DNA of 64,000 bases, taken from the NCBI GenBank assembly GCA_037142615.1, contig JBAXAI010000013.1:1-64000 (forward strand), in the 5' to 3' direction. The notes beneath the pieces were generated by a model. That model was not told the DNA's origin. It searched no databases and saw only the letters and a list, made by a program, of their open reading frames with translations. This DNA is from Spirochaetales bacterium (GTDB lineage Bacteria > Spirochaetota > Spirochaetia > JABEVK01). The translations under genes and the position numbers were made by a program. Below, in pieces: positions 29,873 through 39,562 of the stretch (position 1 is its first letter; each line of letters begins with the position of its first letter).

Positions 29873-30777
29873 GGCGCCTCGGCGGTCACCAGGCAGGGTT
29901 CCAGCGTCCAAAGGTGGGCCGGGACCGACGCACGGAGGGCAGGCAACGCGGCTGTTGCCGTCAGCGGGTCGTCAAACAGCAGGAACCACGCCCCACCGCC
30001 ACCCGCGCCCGAGAGTTTGCCAGCCAAGGCGCCTTCGCCCAGACCCGCGTCGAGCACCGAAGCCAGCTCGGCCGACTCCAGGCCCAGCGAGCGCAGGAGT
30101 TGCCGGGCACGGTTCACCAACCCCGGCAGGGTACCACCGTCGGAACTCAAGGTGTCGATGGCCGCCTGGGCCAGTTCGCCCAGTTCGGTCAGCGCGTCAA
30201 CGACCAGTGCTTCGCCCCGCTGGCGACGCTGGGCCAGCCCGCCGACGAGGGCCTTGGTATCTCCTTGGCGCCTCACGGCTCCGAGTACCAAGGTTTGCCG
30301 CGGTGGACTCAAAGGTTGGGCCTGCGGCGGGGTGCGGCCGGGCAGAAGTGCCCACCAACCGGGGCGCAGGGCCAGCACGGTGTCGATGCCCGAAGGGGTG
30401 CCGTGGAAGAGTTTTTCGGCCTCCCAAGCCTCGTGGTCGAGTTGGTCGAGGTCGGCCCTGGGAAAGAAGAGCCGGGCCAGCGCCGCGCATAACGCTCCCG
30501 ACGAGCCGAACCCGGAACCCAGCGGAACCTGGGTTGTGACACCAAGCCGTCCGGGGGCTAGTTCTGCCCTCCCTGCCAGGCGGCAACGCTGCTGGAAGTG
30601 CGCCAACAGGTTGCGGAGCGGAGTCTCGTAGGCCCCGAGGCCGGGCAGGTCCCATGCGGTTCCTGGGGCATAGTCCACTTCGAGTGTCCACGGAAGGCCT
30701 ACCCCGACGGCCGGTGAACCGTAGACGGCGGCATGTTCGCCCATCAGCAGCAGTTTGGCGTGGGCTTTCACTCCCAT
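29869..30777 (-). CDS. mvk: Mevalonate kinase
   Basis: AKLLLMGEHAAVYG, GHMP motif PLGSGFGSSGA, HGTPSGID, KLSGAGGGG; operon context. Confidence 0.92.
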   Translation of the reverse strand: MGVKAHAKLLLMGEHAAVYGSPAVGVGLPWTLEVDYAPGTAWDLPGLGAYETPLRNLLAHFQQRCRLAGRAELAPGRLGVTTQVPLGSGFGSSGALCAALARLFFPRADLDQLDHEAWEAEKLFHGTPSGIDTVLALRPGWWALLPGRTPPQAQPLSPPRQTLVLGAVRRQGDTKALVGGLAQRRQRGEALVVDALTELGELAQAAIDTLSSDGGTLPGLVNRARQLLRSLGLESAELASVLDAGLGEGALAGKLSGAGGGGAWFLLFDDPLTATAALPALRASVPAHLWTLEPCLVTAEAP

Positions 30778-31736
30778 ACCACGCCCAAGGGCGAGAGTCG
30801 CAGTTCCTCCAGCCCCGCAGGCAGCGGTTCAAACGGCCCGTGAACACTGGCGGCCAAACCCGTTTCGTTGCCTGCGCCGAGAGCTTTGTAAAAGACCCCG
30901 GCACTTTCGGGGGGAAGTTCGGCAGGAACCTCGAGGCGGGCCGAGCTACCGATCGCGTCGCCGAGAGCCAAGCCGAGTTCGCGGCAGACCGACCAGGCCT
31001 CGAACAGCGAAGTTGTCGCACGGGTTTGACTCAAGGACAGCACCGCCGCATTGGAGCGCTCTACAAACTCCCCGGCGGCAGCGCGATCGGACGCCTGCCA
31101 GGCGCGGTAGAGGTCGATGGAACGCGTCGTCTTGACCACCTTGGGGCCTGCAAAAACCGCCATCCAAGGCAGGACTTCCGGGTCAAGCGGGCTCCAGCGG
31201 GGTGTTTCGCCGCCGGTAAACAAGCCGAAGCCGCCAAAGTAGCTGGCCGTGACGTCGTAGCCCGAGCCCGAACCACCCTGGGCGACCCGGTGGGCTGCCA
31301 CCGCGACCTGGTGGATGCTCAGGGGGTCTTCGCGTTCCTGCAAGCGGGCCAGCGCCACCGCCAGACCCACCGCGATGGCGGCTGACGAGCCAAAACCACG
31401 CTTTCGCCCCTGGCCATCAAAAAATGCCGAGGAATCAAGTTCGATGCGGGCACAGGGGAGGGCGCGCGACCAGCGGCGTTCCCGCTCATCGCCACGGCGG
31501 GTCAACAGGTCTGTGGCGGCCAAAAAAAGCGTTCCGGCAAACGTCGCCGGGGCTTCGGGCGTCCAACGTTCCACGGTGCCTGGCCACCGCCCCACCAGTT
31601 CCCAGTCTTCCTGCGGTGTCACCGTGACCGTCAGGCGGGGCTCGACCGCGACCGCCGCCCCCAAGCCACCCTGTTCCAGAAGCGCGTACTCGCCGGCGAG
31701 CAGCAGGTTGCCGGGCACCGTGAAGCGGAAGCTCAC
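30768..31736 (-). CDS. mvaK2: Phosphomevalonate kinase
   Basis: PGNLLLAGEYA, KRGFGSSAA, AHRVAQGGSGSGYDV, KALGAGNE. GTG start overlaps the mvaD stop. Confidence 0.88.
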   Translation of the reverse strand: MSFRFTVPGNLLLAGEYALLEQGGLGAAVAVEPRLTVTVTPQEDWELVGRWPGTVERWTPEAPATFAGTLFLAATDLLTRRGDERERRWSRALPCARIELDSSAFFDGQGRKRGFGSSAAIAVGLAVALARLQEREDPLSIHQVAVAAHRVAQGGSGSGYDVTASYFGGFGLFTGGETPRWSPLDPEVLPWMAVFAGPKVVKTTRSIDLYRAWQASDRAAAGEFVERSNAAVLSLSQTRATTSLFEAWSVCRELGLALGDAIGSSARLEVPAELPPESAGVFYKALGAGNETGLAASVHGPFEPLPAGLEELRLSPLGVVWE

Positions 31737-32695
31737 TCGGGTTCGCTCCAGGCTCTCAGTCCCGGGCCCGGAGCGGCGACCAGAAACCTGACACCGGGCA
31801 CTTTCCACTCCAACTCGGCCACCAACCGGCCGGCTTGGTCGGCAGGACAGAAGATCTTGACCTGCGGTCCTGCGTCCATGGTCTCCCAGGCGTCAAAACC
31901 CTCGGAACGCAATGAGTCGAGCGTCTGGATGAGCGCAAGGCTTTCGGGCTGCCAGTAGATCAAGGGAGGCTCTGCGGTGAACATGGTGCTGAACATCCGC
32001 AGGTAACTTTGGCGGATCAGCGGCCCCAGCTTCGACCAATCTCGCACCGCAAGAGCCGCGCGTGCAGCGCTCAGTACCGCCGGCGAGCTGTCGACCCAAG
32101 CCTGGTAGTAGGGACTGGTCAGGCGCGAGCTTTCCATACCCACGCGGCTGGAAACAGGCTTGGCCCCTTCTCTTACCACCGCCAAAACGACGCGAAAGTC
32201 GGGCCAAAAAGCCTCGTCCTGTTCGGGAACGGCCGCCTCGGCCCCCGCGTCGAACACCGTGAAGCCCCCGTACACGGGCCGGGTGGCGCTGCCTGAACCC
32301 AGACGGGCCAAACGTGACACCAAAGCCGGCTCGGGCTCGCGGCCGGCGAGCACTGTCAAAGCACCCGCCAAGGCCGCAAAGCCCGACGACGACGAGGCGA
32401 GCCCGGCTGCAGTCGGGAAATTGTTGACAGACTCGACAGAAAAGTGGGCCCCCGTCAGGTCAAGCTCGGTTCTCAGGCTTTCAAGGAAAGGTGCAAAACG
32501 TTCCAGGGGCTGAAGTTGGCCATTGACCTCGATGCGGTCAGCGTTGGCGAGCCGAGCCTGCGTTCGTGACTCGAGCCCGCTGAGGGTGACGGCCAACGAG
32601 CCGGTCGCGGGGGTATTCCCAGCCCGCGAGGCCTTGCCCCAGTACTTGATCAGCGCGAGACTGGGGCCAGCTACAGCATGGGCAATACGACTCAT
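31733..32695 (-). CDS. mvaD: Diphosphomevalonate decarboxylase
   Basis: ALIKYWGK, NNFPTAAGLASSSSGFAA, ARLGSGSA, SSRVGM, TMDAGPQVK. Confidence 0.95.
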   Translation of the reverse strand: MSRIAHAVAGPSLALIKYWGKASRAGNTPATGSLAVTLSGLESRTQARLANADRIEVNGQLQPLERFAPFLESLRTELDLTGAHFSVESVNNFPTAAGLASSSSGFAALAGALTVLAGREPEPALVSRLARLGSGSATRPVYGGFTVFDAGAEAAVPEQDEAFWPDFRVVLAVVREGAKPVSSRVGMESSRLTSPYYQAWVDSSPAVLSAARAALAVRDWSKLGPLIRQSYLRMFSTMFTAEPPLIYWQPESLALIQTLDSLRSEGFDAWETMDAGPQVKIFCPADQAGRLVAELEWKVPGVRFLVAAPGPGLRAWSEPE

Positions 32696-32764
32696 AGGCC
32701 GATTCTATCCGATCAATCCACTGGAAACAATCGGCAAGAAGTTCTATTTTGAGCCGGGGGCGCT

Positions 32765-33604
32765 ATGGATATCAGCAAGCTGGTTTCGCAAGCCAAGGTG
32801 AAAGTCTACCAGAATCAGGAACTCATCTTTGAAGAGGGCAGCCCTTCCACCGAGGGCGTATGCTTTGTCCTTTCGGGGGAAGTCGGCGTGTACAAGACCA
32901 TGAACGGCGAAAGCGTTTACCTCAATCCCGTTCCACCGGCGAGTTTCTTCGGCGAGATGGCACTCATGCTGGGAACACCCCGGCAGGCGACGGCCCGGGC
33001 CGAAACCAACAACACCAAGATCATCTTCCTCAACAAGGCCGTCTTTTTGGAGGAGGCCAAAACCAACTTCGCCTTCTTGCGGGGTTTGGTCACCACCACC
33101 TTCATCCGGATCAAGAACTTGCAGGAAGAATTGACGCATCTGGATAGCAGTTATGAATTGACGATTCCCCCCGAACTGGAACTGGCTCAGATCGAAAACC
33201 GCGAGCTCAACCTGACGATCGTCGATTCGCTCAAGAGCTACCGAAGCGTCTTTCTGAACAAGGGTCGCACACTCTTTGCCGAAAAAGCCGCCGAAAACCA
33301 CACGATCTTCTTGGTACTGGAGGGTGAGCTTGAGGCGATCAAACAGGTTGGGGGCAAGCCCCGGCCTCTGTTGACGTACAAGCCGGGAGATTTCATCGGG
33401 GTTCAGGAAACCTTGGATCACGGCCCGCGCTTTACAGGCGTGTTGGTTCTGAAAGATCTCACGAAAGTGGCGGTGTTCGACGAAGAGCTGCTGTTCCGGG
33501 TGCTTCGCATCAACAACACGCTCTTCTTCTCGTTCTTCAAGTCGATCTTGATGGAACTGCTGTTGTGGCAGGAAGCTTACCTTGCGGTGCGGTCAAACCA
33601 CTGA
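32765..33604 (+). CDS. Tandem cyclic-nucleotide-binding domain protein
   Basis: Domain 1: IFEEG, VLSGEV, FFGEMAL..PRQATARA. Domain 2 (degenerate): VLEGEL, PGDFIG, PR. No HTH or catalytic domain. Confidence 0.85.
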   Translation: MDISKLVSQAKVKVYQNQELIFEEGSPSTEGVCFVLSGEVGVYKTMNGESVYLNPVPPASFFGEMALMLGTPRQATARAETNNTKIIFLNKAVFLEEAKTNFAFLRGLVTTTFIRIKNLQEELTHLDSSYELTIPPELELAQIENRELNLTIVDSLKSYRSVFLNKGRTLFAEKAAENHTIFLVLEGELEAIKQVGGKPRPLLTYKPGDFIGVQETLDHGPRFTGVLVLKDLTKVAVFDEELLFRVLRINNTLFFSFFKSILMELLLWQEAYLAVRSNH

Positions 33605-34750
33605 GGAGCTGGCCCGTCGGTTGTGCAGTCCCATGTGGCCCCGTTGAATGCCTTCGCCGGCCAGGGCGAAAAGGGCCGCGAAGTTCTGGGCCAAGCCCAA
33701 GGCGGCCGCCACCTGACAGAGTACTGGCGACCGAGTGATGCCCAGAAGTCGCAAGTTGAGCCGGGCCCCGGGGTGCGATCCCGTTGAGCCTCCCACGGTA
33801 GCCAGAGCCAGCGGCAAGGTGATTTCTCCGACCAAAACCCCTTCGTCCACCCGATAGGTCGAAAGCCCCCGGTACACTCCCGTCCGCGCGGCCCAGCTAT
33901 GGACGGCCGCCTCGAGCGCACGGGTGTCGTTTCCTGTGGCCAGCGCCAGCGCCGAGATGCCGTTCATGATGCCCTTGTTGTGAGTGACGGCCCGCTGCGG
34001 GTCAGCCAGCGCCAGCGACGAGGCCAGCACGATGCGCCGGGCCATCTCGGCACCGGTGAAGCCCGGTTTGGTGAGCGCGGCCACCGGCAACCGGAACCGA
34101 GCGCGGGCCAACCGTTGCGAAGCGTCGTTGCTCAGGATCGCCAGGAGCTTCTTGCCCCCCAAAAGCTCTTCCAGCCGCGGGGTAAGGGCTTCGGCCAGCG
34201 TGTTGAGCAGGTTGGCCCCCAGCGCGTCGCGTACATCGACATCAAAATTGACGACACAGGTGTTCGTTCCGGGCAGCGGCGTGAGGCCGAGGCCGCGCAG
34301 GCCACCGCCTCGTTTTTCCATGGACTCGAGGTAGCTCTTGGCCTCGGCCTCGAGGGTAGTGCGGTGAAGTTCAAGTCGCTCGGCTGCATCGCCAAAAGGC
34401 GCTTCGAGGAAGACCTGGGCCCGCATCACGGGGTCGGCAGCCTCGGCCGTGAGACCTCCAGCACGACCCAGAATCAGCGAGGCGTAGCTGGCTGCGGCGA
34501 TGACAGAAGGCTCCTCGGTGGCCAGGGGCACTTCGTAGCTCACGCCGTTGACGATCAGTCCGCTCGCGACTCCCAAGGGCACGCTCATCCAGCCGACACA
34601 GTTCTCGACCAGCGTGTCGGCCACGTCGAGGCTGCCGTTCTGGCTTTCGAAAAAAGCCGTGGTCGGTGCGTCGGGGGCCAAGGCGCCAAGAAGCCATTCC
34701 CGGCGTTCAGCGAGCGTCCGTTTGCGCAACGGAGGGTAAGGGCTTTCCAC
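33593..34750 (-). CDS. mvaA: HMG-CoA reductase, class II
   Basis: ENCVG, PLATEEPSVIAA, DALGANLLN, RAVTHNKGIMNG, GLAQNFAAL, GIQRGHM. Start reassigned to GTG 34750 just after the fni stop. Confidence 0.93.
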   Translation of the reverse strand: MESPYPPLRKRTLAERREWLLGALAPDAPTTAFFESQNGSLDVADTLVENCVGWMSVPLGVASGLIVNGVSYEVPLATEEPSVIAAASYASLILGRAGGLTAEAADPVMRAQVFLEAPFGDAAERLELHRTTLEAEAKSYLESMEKRGGGLRGLGLTPLPGTNTCVVNFDVDVRDALGANLLNTLAEALTPRLEELLGGKKLLAILSNDASQRLARARFRLPVAALTKPGFTGAEMARRIVLASSLALADPQRAVTHNKGIMNGISALALATGNDTRALEAAVHSWAARTGVYRGLSTYRVDEGVLVGEITLPLALATVGGSTGSHPGARLNLRLLGITRSPVLCQVAAALGLAQNFAALFALAGEGIQRGHMGLHNRRASSSVV

Positions 34751-34751
34751 G

Positions 34752-35876
34752 TCAGTCCCGGACCTGTTGCAGCCGGTGCTCGAACTCGCTCGTGGCGTCG
34801 AGCCGGGCTTTGCGCAGGCCCGAAACGTCAGCACTCCCCGACAGCAACATCGCCGTCTTGAGCGCGCGCTCCAGTCCTGCAATCAGCGCCAGCACCGCGT
34901 CGCAGCCACCACCCGGGGGTGCGTCCTTGATGGCGCGCACGAATGGAAGGGCCATCCCCGCTGCATGGGCCCCCAGAGCGAGGGCCTTGGCCACGTCGAG
35001 CCCGTTTCGCAACCCTCCCGAGGCCAAGATCCGGCCTTGGCGGTGTTCGGAGCCTTTGCCGGAAGCCACCGCCGCGGTGAGCAGGGCGGTCGGCCAACCC
35101 CAGTCGCGGAAGCCCTCGCTACTTTGGTACCCGGCGGCATCCAGACGGTAGGCTTCGACGGTGAGCCAGTTGGTCCCTCCGGCCCCGGCGAGGTCAACGT
35201 AGGTCGCGCCCGCAGAAAGCAGAAAATCAACTTCGTCGGGTGCGATGCCGAAGCCGGTCTCTTTGACGATGACCGGGAGGTGCGAGTGTTCGATGAAGTC
35301 AGTCAACGCTGTTTTGAGGCCCCGGAAGTTCCGGTCCCCGTCGTCCTGATAGAGTTCCTGGCCGGGATTGAGGTGCACGGCGGTGGCGTCTACCTCGAGC
35401 CGTTTGAGCCATTCGCCCAGCGTTCGGTACCCGTCGCGGGCTTTTTCTTCCACCAGTTGCTGCGCTCCCAAGTTGGCGAAAATGGGCACATCGCGAGCCA
35501 GGGGCCGCAGGTGGAAGTCGGCAAAGGCTTCTGGCTTGCGAAACAGGATGCGGATAGAGCCCATGCCTACCGGGATGCCCGCAGCTTGTGCCGCCCGTGC
35601 GAGGTCCTTGTTCACCGAGTAGCTCGAGTCTGAGCCGCCGGTCATGCTGCTGATGAACAGGGGGAGCTTCACCGCCCTGCCAAGAAAAGAAGTCTGAGTG
35701 TTGAGTTCGCCCCAGTTGAGCTCGGGCAAAGCCCGGTGCCGGAACTGCAGGTGTTCCCACCCGGCCGAGCCACCCTCGGGCTCGTACTCGGGCTCGGTGC
35801 AAATCTCGAGGTGGCGGGTCTTGCGGTGGCTCAAGTCACCGGCCGGTTCAGACGAGTTGGTACTCACGGTAACCAT
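34752..35876 (-). CDS. fni: Type 2 isopentenyl-diphosphate isomerase (FMN-dependent)
   Basis: RKTRHL, ISSMTGG, HLNPGQE, VKETGFG, GAGGTNW, ASGGLR. Confidence 0.95.
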   Translation of the reverse strand: MVTVSTNSSEPAGDLSHRKTRHLEICTEPEYEPEGGSAGWEHLQFRHRALPELNWGELNTQTSFLGRAVKLPLFISSMTGGSDSSYSVNKDLARAAQAAGIPVGMGSIRILFRKPEAFADFHLRPLARDVPIFANLGAQQLVEEKARDGYRTLGEWLKRLEVDATAVHLNPGQELYQDDGDRNFRGLKTALTDFIEHSHLPVIVKETGFGIAPDEVDFLLSAGATYVDLAGAGGTNWLTVEAYRLDAAGYQSSEGFRDWGWPTALLTAAVASGKGSEHRQGRILASGGLRNGLDVAKALALGAHAAGMALPFVRAIKDAPPGGGCDAVLALIAGLERALKTAMLLSGSADVSGLRKARLDATSEFEHRLQQVRD

Positions 35877-37137
35877 CGGCGCGCAGGCCTGTCAGGGCGA
35901 ACTGCCCAGCCCGGGGGGGGTAGTTCGCCAGGATTTCCGGGAAGTTTTCGGGGGTTCGGTGGGTATCGATCCAAAACTGATAGGTATCCAGCCCGGGCTC
36001 CTCTTTGTTGGCCAACTGGGCGTCGAGGTTCCAGCGAGCGATCACCTGCGGGGCCTTGGCGGCGAGACGACCCGTGAACACCGTCATGGTGTTGCCCGAT
36101 CCGTACGACGCGAGCAGGACCTTTTTTCCGACCAGCGACGGACCGAAGACTTTGGCCCTTTCGGCCAGGCTGGCGGCGAGGTTGAGCCACAGGCTGCCGG
36201 TGTACAGATTGCCCACTTGCGAGGTGGGGATCAGCCCCGCCGAAAAACCCCGTTCTTCGAGAAAGACGTTGGCGGCTTCGGCGTCGAGACCCAGGTGGGT
36301 GGCCAGAAGCCGTTCCATCGCCACGACCGGCATGCGGGCGTAGGGGGCATGGAGGCAGAACACATCGACGCTGCGCAGCTCTTCGGCGGGATCGACGCCT
36401 GCCCGTTGGCAGTGGTCGGCAAACGCGTCGGCCAGCGACTCGTGGTAGCAAGCCAGCGAAAAGCCGCCTTTCACCTTGGCGATGGTGCTTCCCAGCGGCC
36501 GGAAGAAGTCATCGACGTCGCGGCTCGCAAACCCGGCGGTCAAGAAGTCAAACTCCAGCAAGTCAGGGTTTTGGGTCACCCAAAGGGCGGCTGCCCCGGC
36601 ACCCTGAGTCACTTCGGCCGTCGAAGGCGCCTGGTAGCGGGCCACATCGCTCATCAGCACGACGGCCGACTCGTCGGTGCGCCCGGCCACCTGCAAAAAG
36701 CTGGCTGTTGTCATCATTGCCAGGGCCCCTCCGGCGCAGGCATGTTGCACCTGGTAGCTCGAAAGGCTGATCGGGACGGGAAATCCCGAACGCTGCATCA
36801 AACCCTGAACGTAGGCCGACCCGCTCTTGGACATATCGACCGAGGTCTCGGTGCCCAACGTCAAAAAACGCACCTTGGAAAGGTCGGGAGTGTTGGGGCG
36901 AACCAGCAGTTGGCGGAAGGCTTCGGCGGCCATGGTGATCGTGTCTTCGGTGGGCGTGGGCCAGCGCATGGCCTGTTGGCCGGTAGAAGCCACGGCGCGC
37001 AGCAGGTGCCTCTCGATCCCAGGATCTGCGGCCACCCGGGCCTGAAGCAGGGCTGACATCTCGAGACTGTAGCGCGGCAAATGAACCGCAATATCGTGGA
37101 CCCCGACGGGAGGAAATGCAGAGGGAGAAACTGTCAT
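35848..37137 (-). CDS. mvaS: HMG-CoA synthase
   Basis: GTETSVDMSKS, catalytic Cys in HACAGG, EVTQGAGA, DFFRP, LHAPY, GNLYTGS, SYGSG. ATG 37137 supported by TATACT 6 nt upstream. Confidence 0.95.
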   Translation of the reverse strand: MTVSPSAFPPVGVHDIAVHLPRYSLEMSALLQARVAADPGIERHLLRAVASTGQQAMRWPTPTEDTITMAAEAFRQLLVRPNTPDLSKVRFLTLGTETSVDMSKSGSAYVQGLMQRSGFPVPISLSSYQVQHACAGGALAMMTTASFLQVAGRTDESAVVLMSDVARYQAPSTAEVTQGAGAAALWVTQNPDLLEFDFLTAGFASRDVDDFFRPLGSTIAKVKGGFSLACYHESLADAFADHCQRAGVDPAEELRSVDVFCLHAPYARMPVVAMERLLATHLGLDAEAANVFLEERGFSAGLIPTSQVGNLYTGSLWLNLAASLAERAKVFGPSLVGKKVLLASYGSGNTMTVFTGRLAAKAPQVIARWNLDAQLANKEEPGLDTYQFWIDTHRTPENFPEILANYPPRAGQFALTGLRADGYREYQLV

Positions 37138-37221
37138 CCCGCAAGTATAGCGTTCCAAATCCCAACCGGCAAATGTCCTTTTGCGTTTCCGTGGTATATT
37201 CTGAACGATAGTTCACTACGC

Positions 37222-38928
37222 ATGAGATTTTTCTTCTTTCTCGCCGTATTTCCTGCCTTCCTCGCGTCTTGCGCCGGTCTGCCAACCGCCGATGCGCCCC
37301 TGCTGGTGCAGCTGCCGGCGTGGGCGTCGTCCGAGCCGGCCCGCGCCACGGCTGCGCTGTTGACCGAGGCCTGGGGTAAAGAGGTGGACCGTTCAGGACG
37401 CTACCGCCTGAGGGTTCCCGGTTGGTTTGAGGCCGGCTTTTCCCAGGCCCTCGTCGAGACTGGCTATGACCAAACGGCCCTGCTGCCCGGGGCGAACCTC
37501 GCCGTTCTCGCGACCGCGCTGAAGGCGACCCACGTGGGGCTGCTCGATGTGCTGGGCTCCACCGGCGTCGCACCGGCGGGAAAGGTTGTCGCCTACTACC
37601 GGGTCGTCGAGGCCGCGAGCGGCAAAGTGGTGCTTTTTGATCGCGCCGAAGTAGCGCCCGAGGAGGCTGCCGCGTGGGCAAAGCGGTTGATGAAGCTCTG
37701 GCGGGCTGGGCTTCCACCCGCGCAGGAGTCCGTGGGCATCACCACGGGTTCGCAGACCTGGAGTTCGTGGTGGGCTTCGGCCCCCAACGATGCCGTGACC
37801 CAGGGTTGGATAGCCCGGGTGCCTCCATCCCTCCTTGCCGCCGACTTTGCCGAGTTGCACCGGCTGGCAGACCTGCTGCAGGACCGCTGGAATGACGGCG
37901 GGCAGGTTGCCAGCCCGTGGTCGAGATCCCTCCGGTCGCTGCAGGCCGAAATCAGGGCGTTGGAGCGCACCTCGGTGGCCTCGGCCGTAGCAAAAAAGTT
38001 CAACGAGGCGTTGGCCATTCCCTTTGGCGCGACGGGAGCCGAGACCCTGCTGGAGTACCGACTGCTGGACCTGCTGCGTTCGCCCGCTGGTCTCGAGGCT
38101 TCCCGGCGGTCCGAACTGGCGGTCGCCTTTGTGGGTCGCTTTGGCGAAGCGCTGACTGCGGCCTTGGCCCGTCACGCTGTGCTGCCGGTGCCCGGCGGGA
38201 CTTTTCTGCTGGGAAGCAACGACGGAAACCCTGACGAGGCTCCTGTTCACCGGGTGACCGTGTCGCCGTTCCTTCTCGGGCGCACCGAAGTGACGCAGAA
38301 TCAGTACCAAGAGGTGATGGGAACCAATCCGAGTCTGTTCGCCCAGGGCCTTGCCACGCAACGGCCCGTCGAAAGGGTCACCTGGTACGACGCCGTGAAC
38401 TTCTGCAACAAGCTTTCACTCCGCGAAGGGCTCGAGCCCGTGTACACCGTCGTTGCGGGCCAAAGTGCCCCCACCGTGACTCAGGATCACCGCAAGACCG
38501 GCTACCGCTTGCCCACCGAAGCCGAATGGGAATGGGCCGCCCGCGGAGCCGAGGCCGCTGCGGGATTCGCCTTCGCGGGTTCGGCTGTGCCCGACACCGT
38601 GGCCTGGACCGACAGCAAGACCACCACTACCTCGCCGGTGGGCCAATTGGCCCCGAACCCGCTGGGCCTTTACGACCTGAGCGGCAACGTGTGGGAGTGG
38701 TGCTGGGACTGGTACGGCAAGTACTCCGCCGGAGCACAGGTCGATCCGTTGGGCCCCGACGCCGGGGTGCTCAAAGTGGGGCGGGGTGGAAGCTGGCGGG
38801 CCGCCGCCTGGAACTCCCGTGTTACCAGTCGCAGCTACGATGGGCCGAGTTCCAAGGGCAACATTCTGGGCTTCCGGGTTGCGAGGTCGATCGCTCCCGA
38901 ACCGGTCAGTCCCCCAACAGCGAAATAA
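37222..38928 (+). CDS. Lipoprotein with C-terminal FGE-sulfatase (SUMF1) domain
   Basis: Lipobox LASC; PGGTFLLGS, TEVTQ, PVERVTW, GYRLPTEAEWEWAARG, NPLGLYDLSGNVWEWCWD, GFRVAR. Confidence 0.88.
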   Translation: MRFFFFLAVFPAFLASCAGLPTADAPLLVQLPAWASSEPARATAALLTEAWGKEVDRSGRYRLRVPGWFEAGFSQALVETGYDQTALLPGANLAVLATALKATHVGLLDVLGSTGVAPAGKVVAYYRVVEAASGKVVLFDRAEVAPEEAAAWAKRLMKLWRAGLPPAQESVGITTGSQTWSSWWASAPNDAVTQGWIARVPPSLLAADFAELHRLADLLQDRWNDGGQVASPWSRSLRSLQAEIRALERTSVASAVAKKFNEALAIPFGATGAETLLEYRLLDLLRSPAGLEASRRSELAVAFVGRFGEALTAALARHAVLPVPGGTFLLGSNDGNPDEAPVHRVTVSPFLLGRTEVTQNQYQEVMGTNPSLFAQGLATQRPVERVTWYDAVNFCNKLSLREGLEPVYTVVAGQSAPTVTQDHRKTGYRLPTEAEWEWAARGAEAAAGFAFAGSAVPDTVAWTDSKTTTTSPVGQLAPNPLGLYDLSGNVWEWCWDWYGKYSAGAQVDPLGPDAGVLKVGRGGSWRAAAWNSRVTSRSYDGPSSKGNILGFRVARSIAPEPVSPPTAK

Positions 38929-39562
38929 GTTGCGGCTTGCCGTCTTTCCATTCCAGCTTCCAGATCACTTCACCGGCGTCGATGCCACCGCCGAACCACA
39001 GCGTTTTGTCGGGCTTCAGGGTGAAAGCGGTGATGGAAGGGGGTTGAATAAACTCCTCTACCAGAAGAACCTGCGTCGGAGCCGCCGCCCGGGTTCCCGA
39101 TCCCTCCCGGGTTCCTGACCCACCTCGGGTGACCAGCACAAAGTTGCCCTGCTCGCTGCCGCGGACAAAGGCACCGTAGGCGACCGTCTCGTCTTTGCCG
39201 TCACCGTCGAAGTCGCGGGTAAACGACGGGGCGACGAGCCCTTCGCCCCCCGCGGGTTCCAACCGGGCAAACAAGGCCTTTTCGGCAACGCTCATGAGGG
39301 CCTGGGAGTAAACGACCGCTGAATCCCACGCTTTGGCACCGGAAGCCGCCGCGATGGACGCCACCGGCAACCCCTCGATTTCGAGCTCCTGCCGGGGAAG
39401 GTAGGGTACAGCGAACGGCGCCGTGACCGTGAGCGTCGAAGATTCGGTTCTCACGACCTCCGTTTTGGCTGGAGCGCAGCCCGCCAGCAGACTGGCCGCG
39501 AGAGCCGCCCCGCCAACGGCCAGCCCCCACGCACCCCAAAGTCCCTTGTTCAATTGGTCCAT
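38906..39562 (-). CDS. Hypothetical lipoprotein
   Basis: Lipobox LAGC; one DFDGDGKDE calcium-blade-like motif; overlaps the stop of the upstream M23 gene. Confidence 0.65.
   Translation of the reverse strand: MDQLNKGLWGAWGLAVGGAALAASLLAGCAPAKTEVVRTESSTLTVTAPFAVPYLPRQELEIEGLPVASIAAASGAKAWDSAVVYSQALMSVAEKALFARLEPAGGEGLVAPSFTRDFDGDGKDETVAYGAFVRGSEQGNFVLVTRGGSGTREGSGTRAAAPTQVLLVEEFIQPPSITAFTLKPDKTLWFGGGIDAGEVIWKLEWKDGKPQLISLLGD

Noticed and set aside
38170-38900. FGE-sulfatase C-terminus as a diversity-generating retroelement target
   Set aside because: No reverse transcriptase, accessory gene or near-identical template repeat is visible in the window. A remote DGR cannot be excluded.
39088-39130. 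Short imperfect 18-nt tandem duplication (SGTR twice in the lipoprotein)
   Set aside because: Two copies only, in frame, in a probable loop. Not an array.
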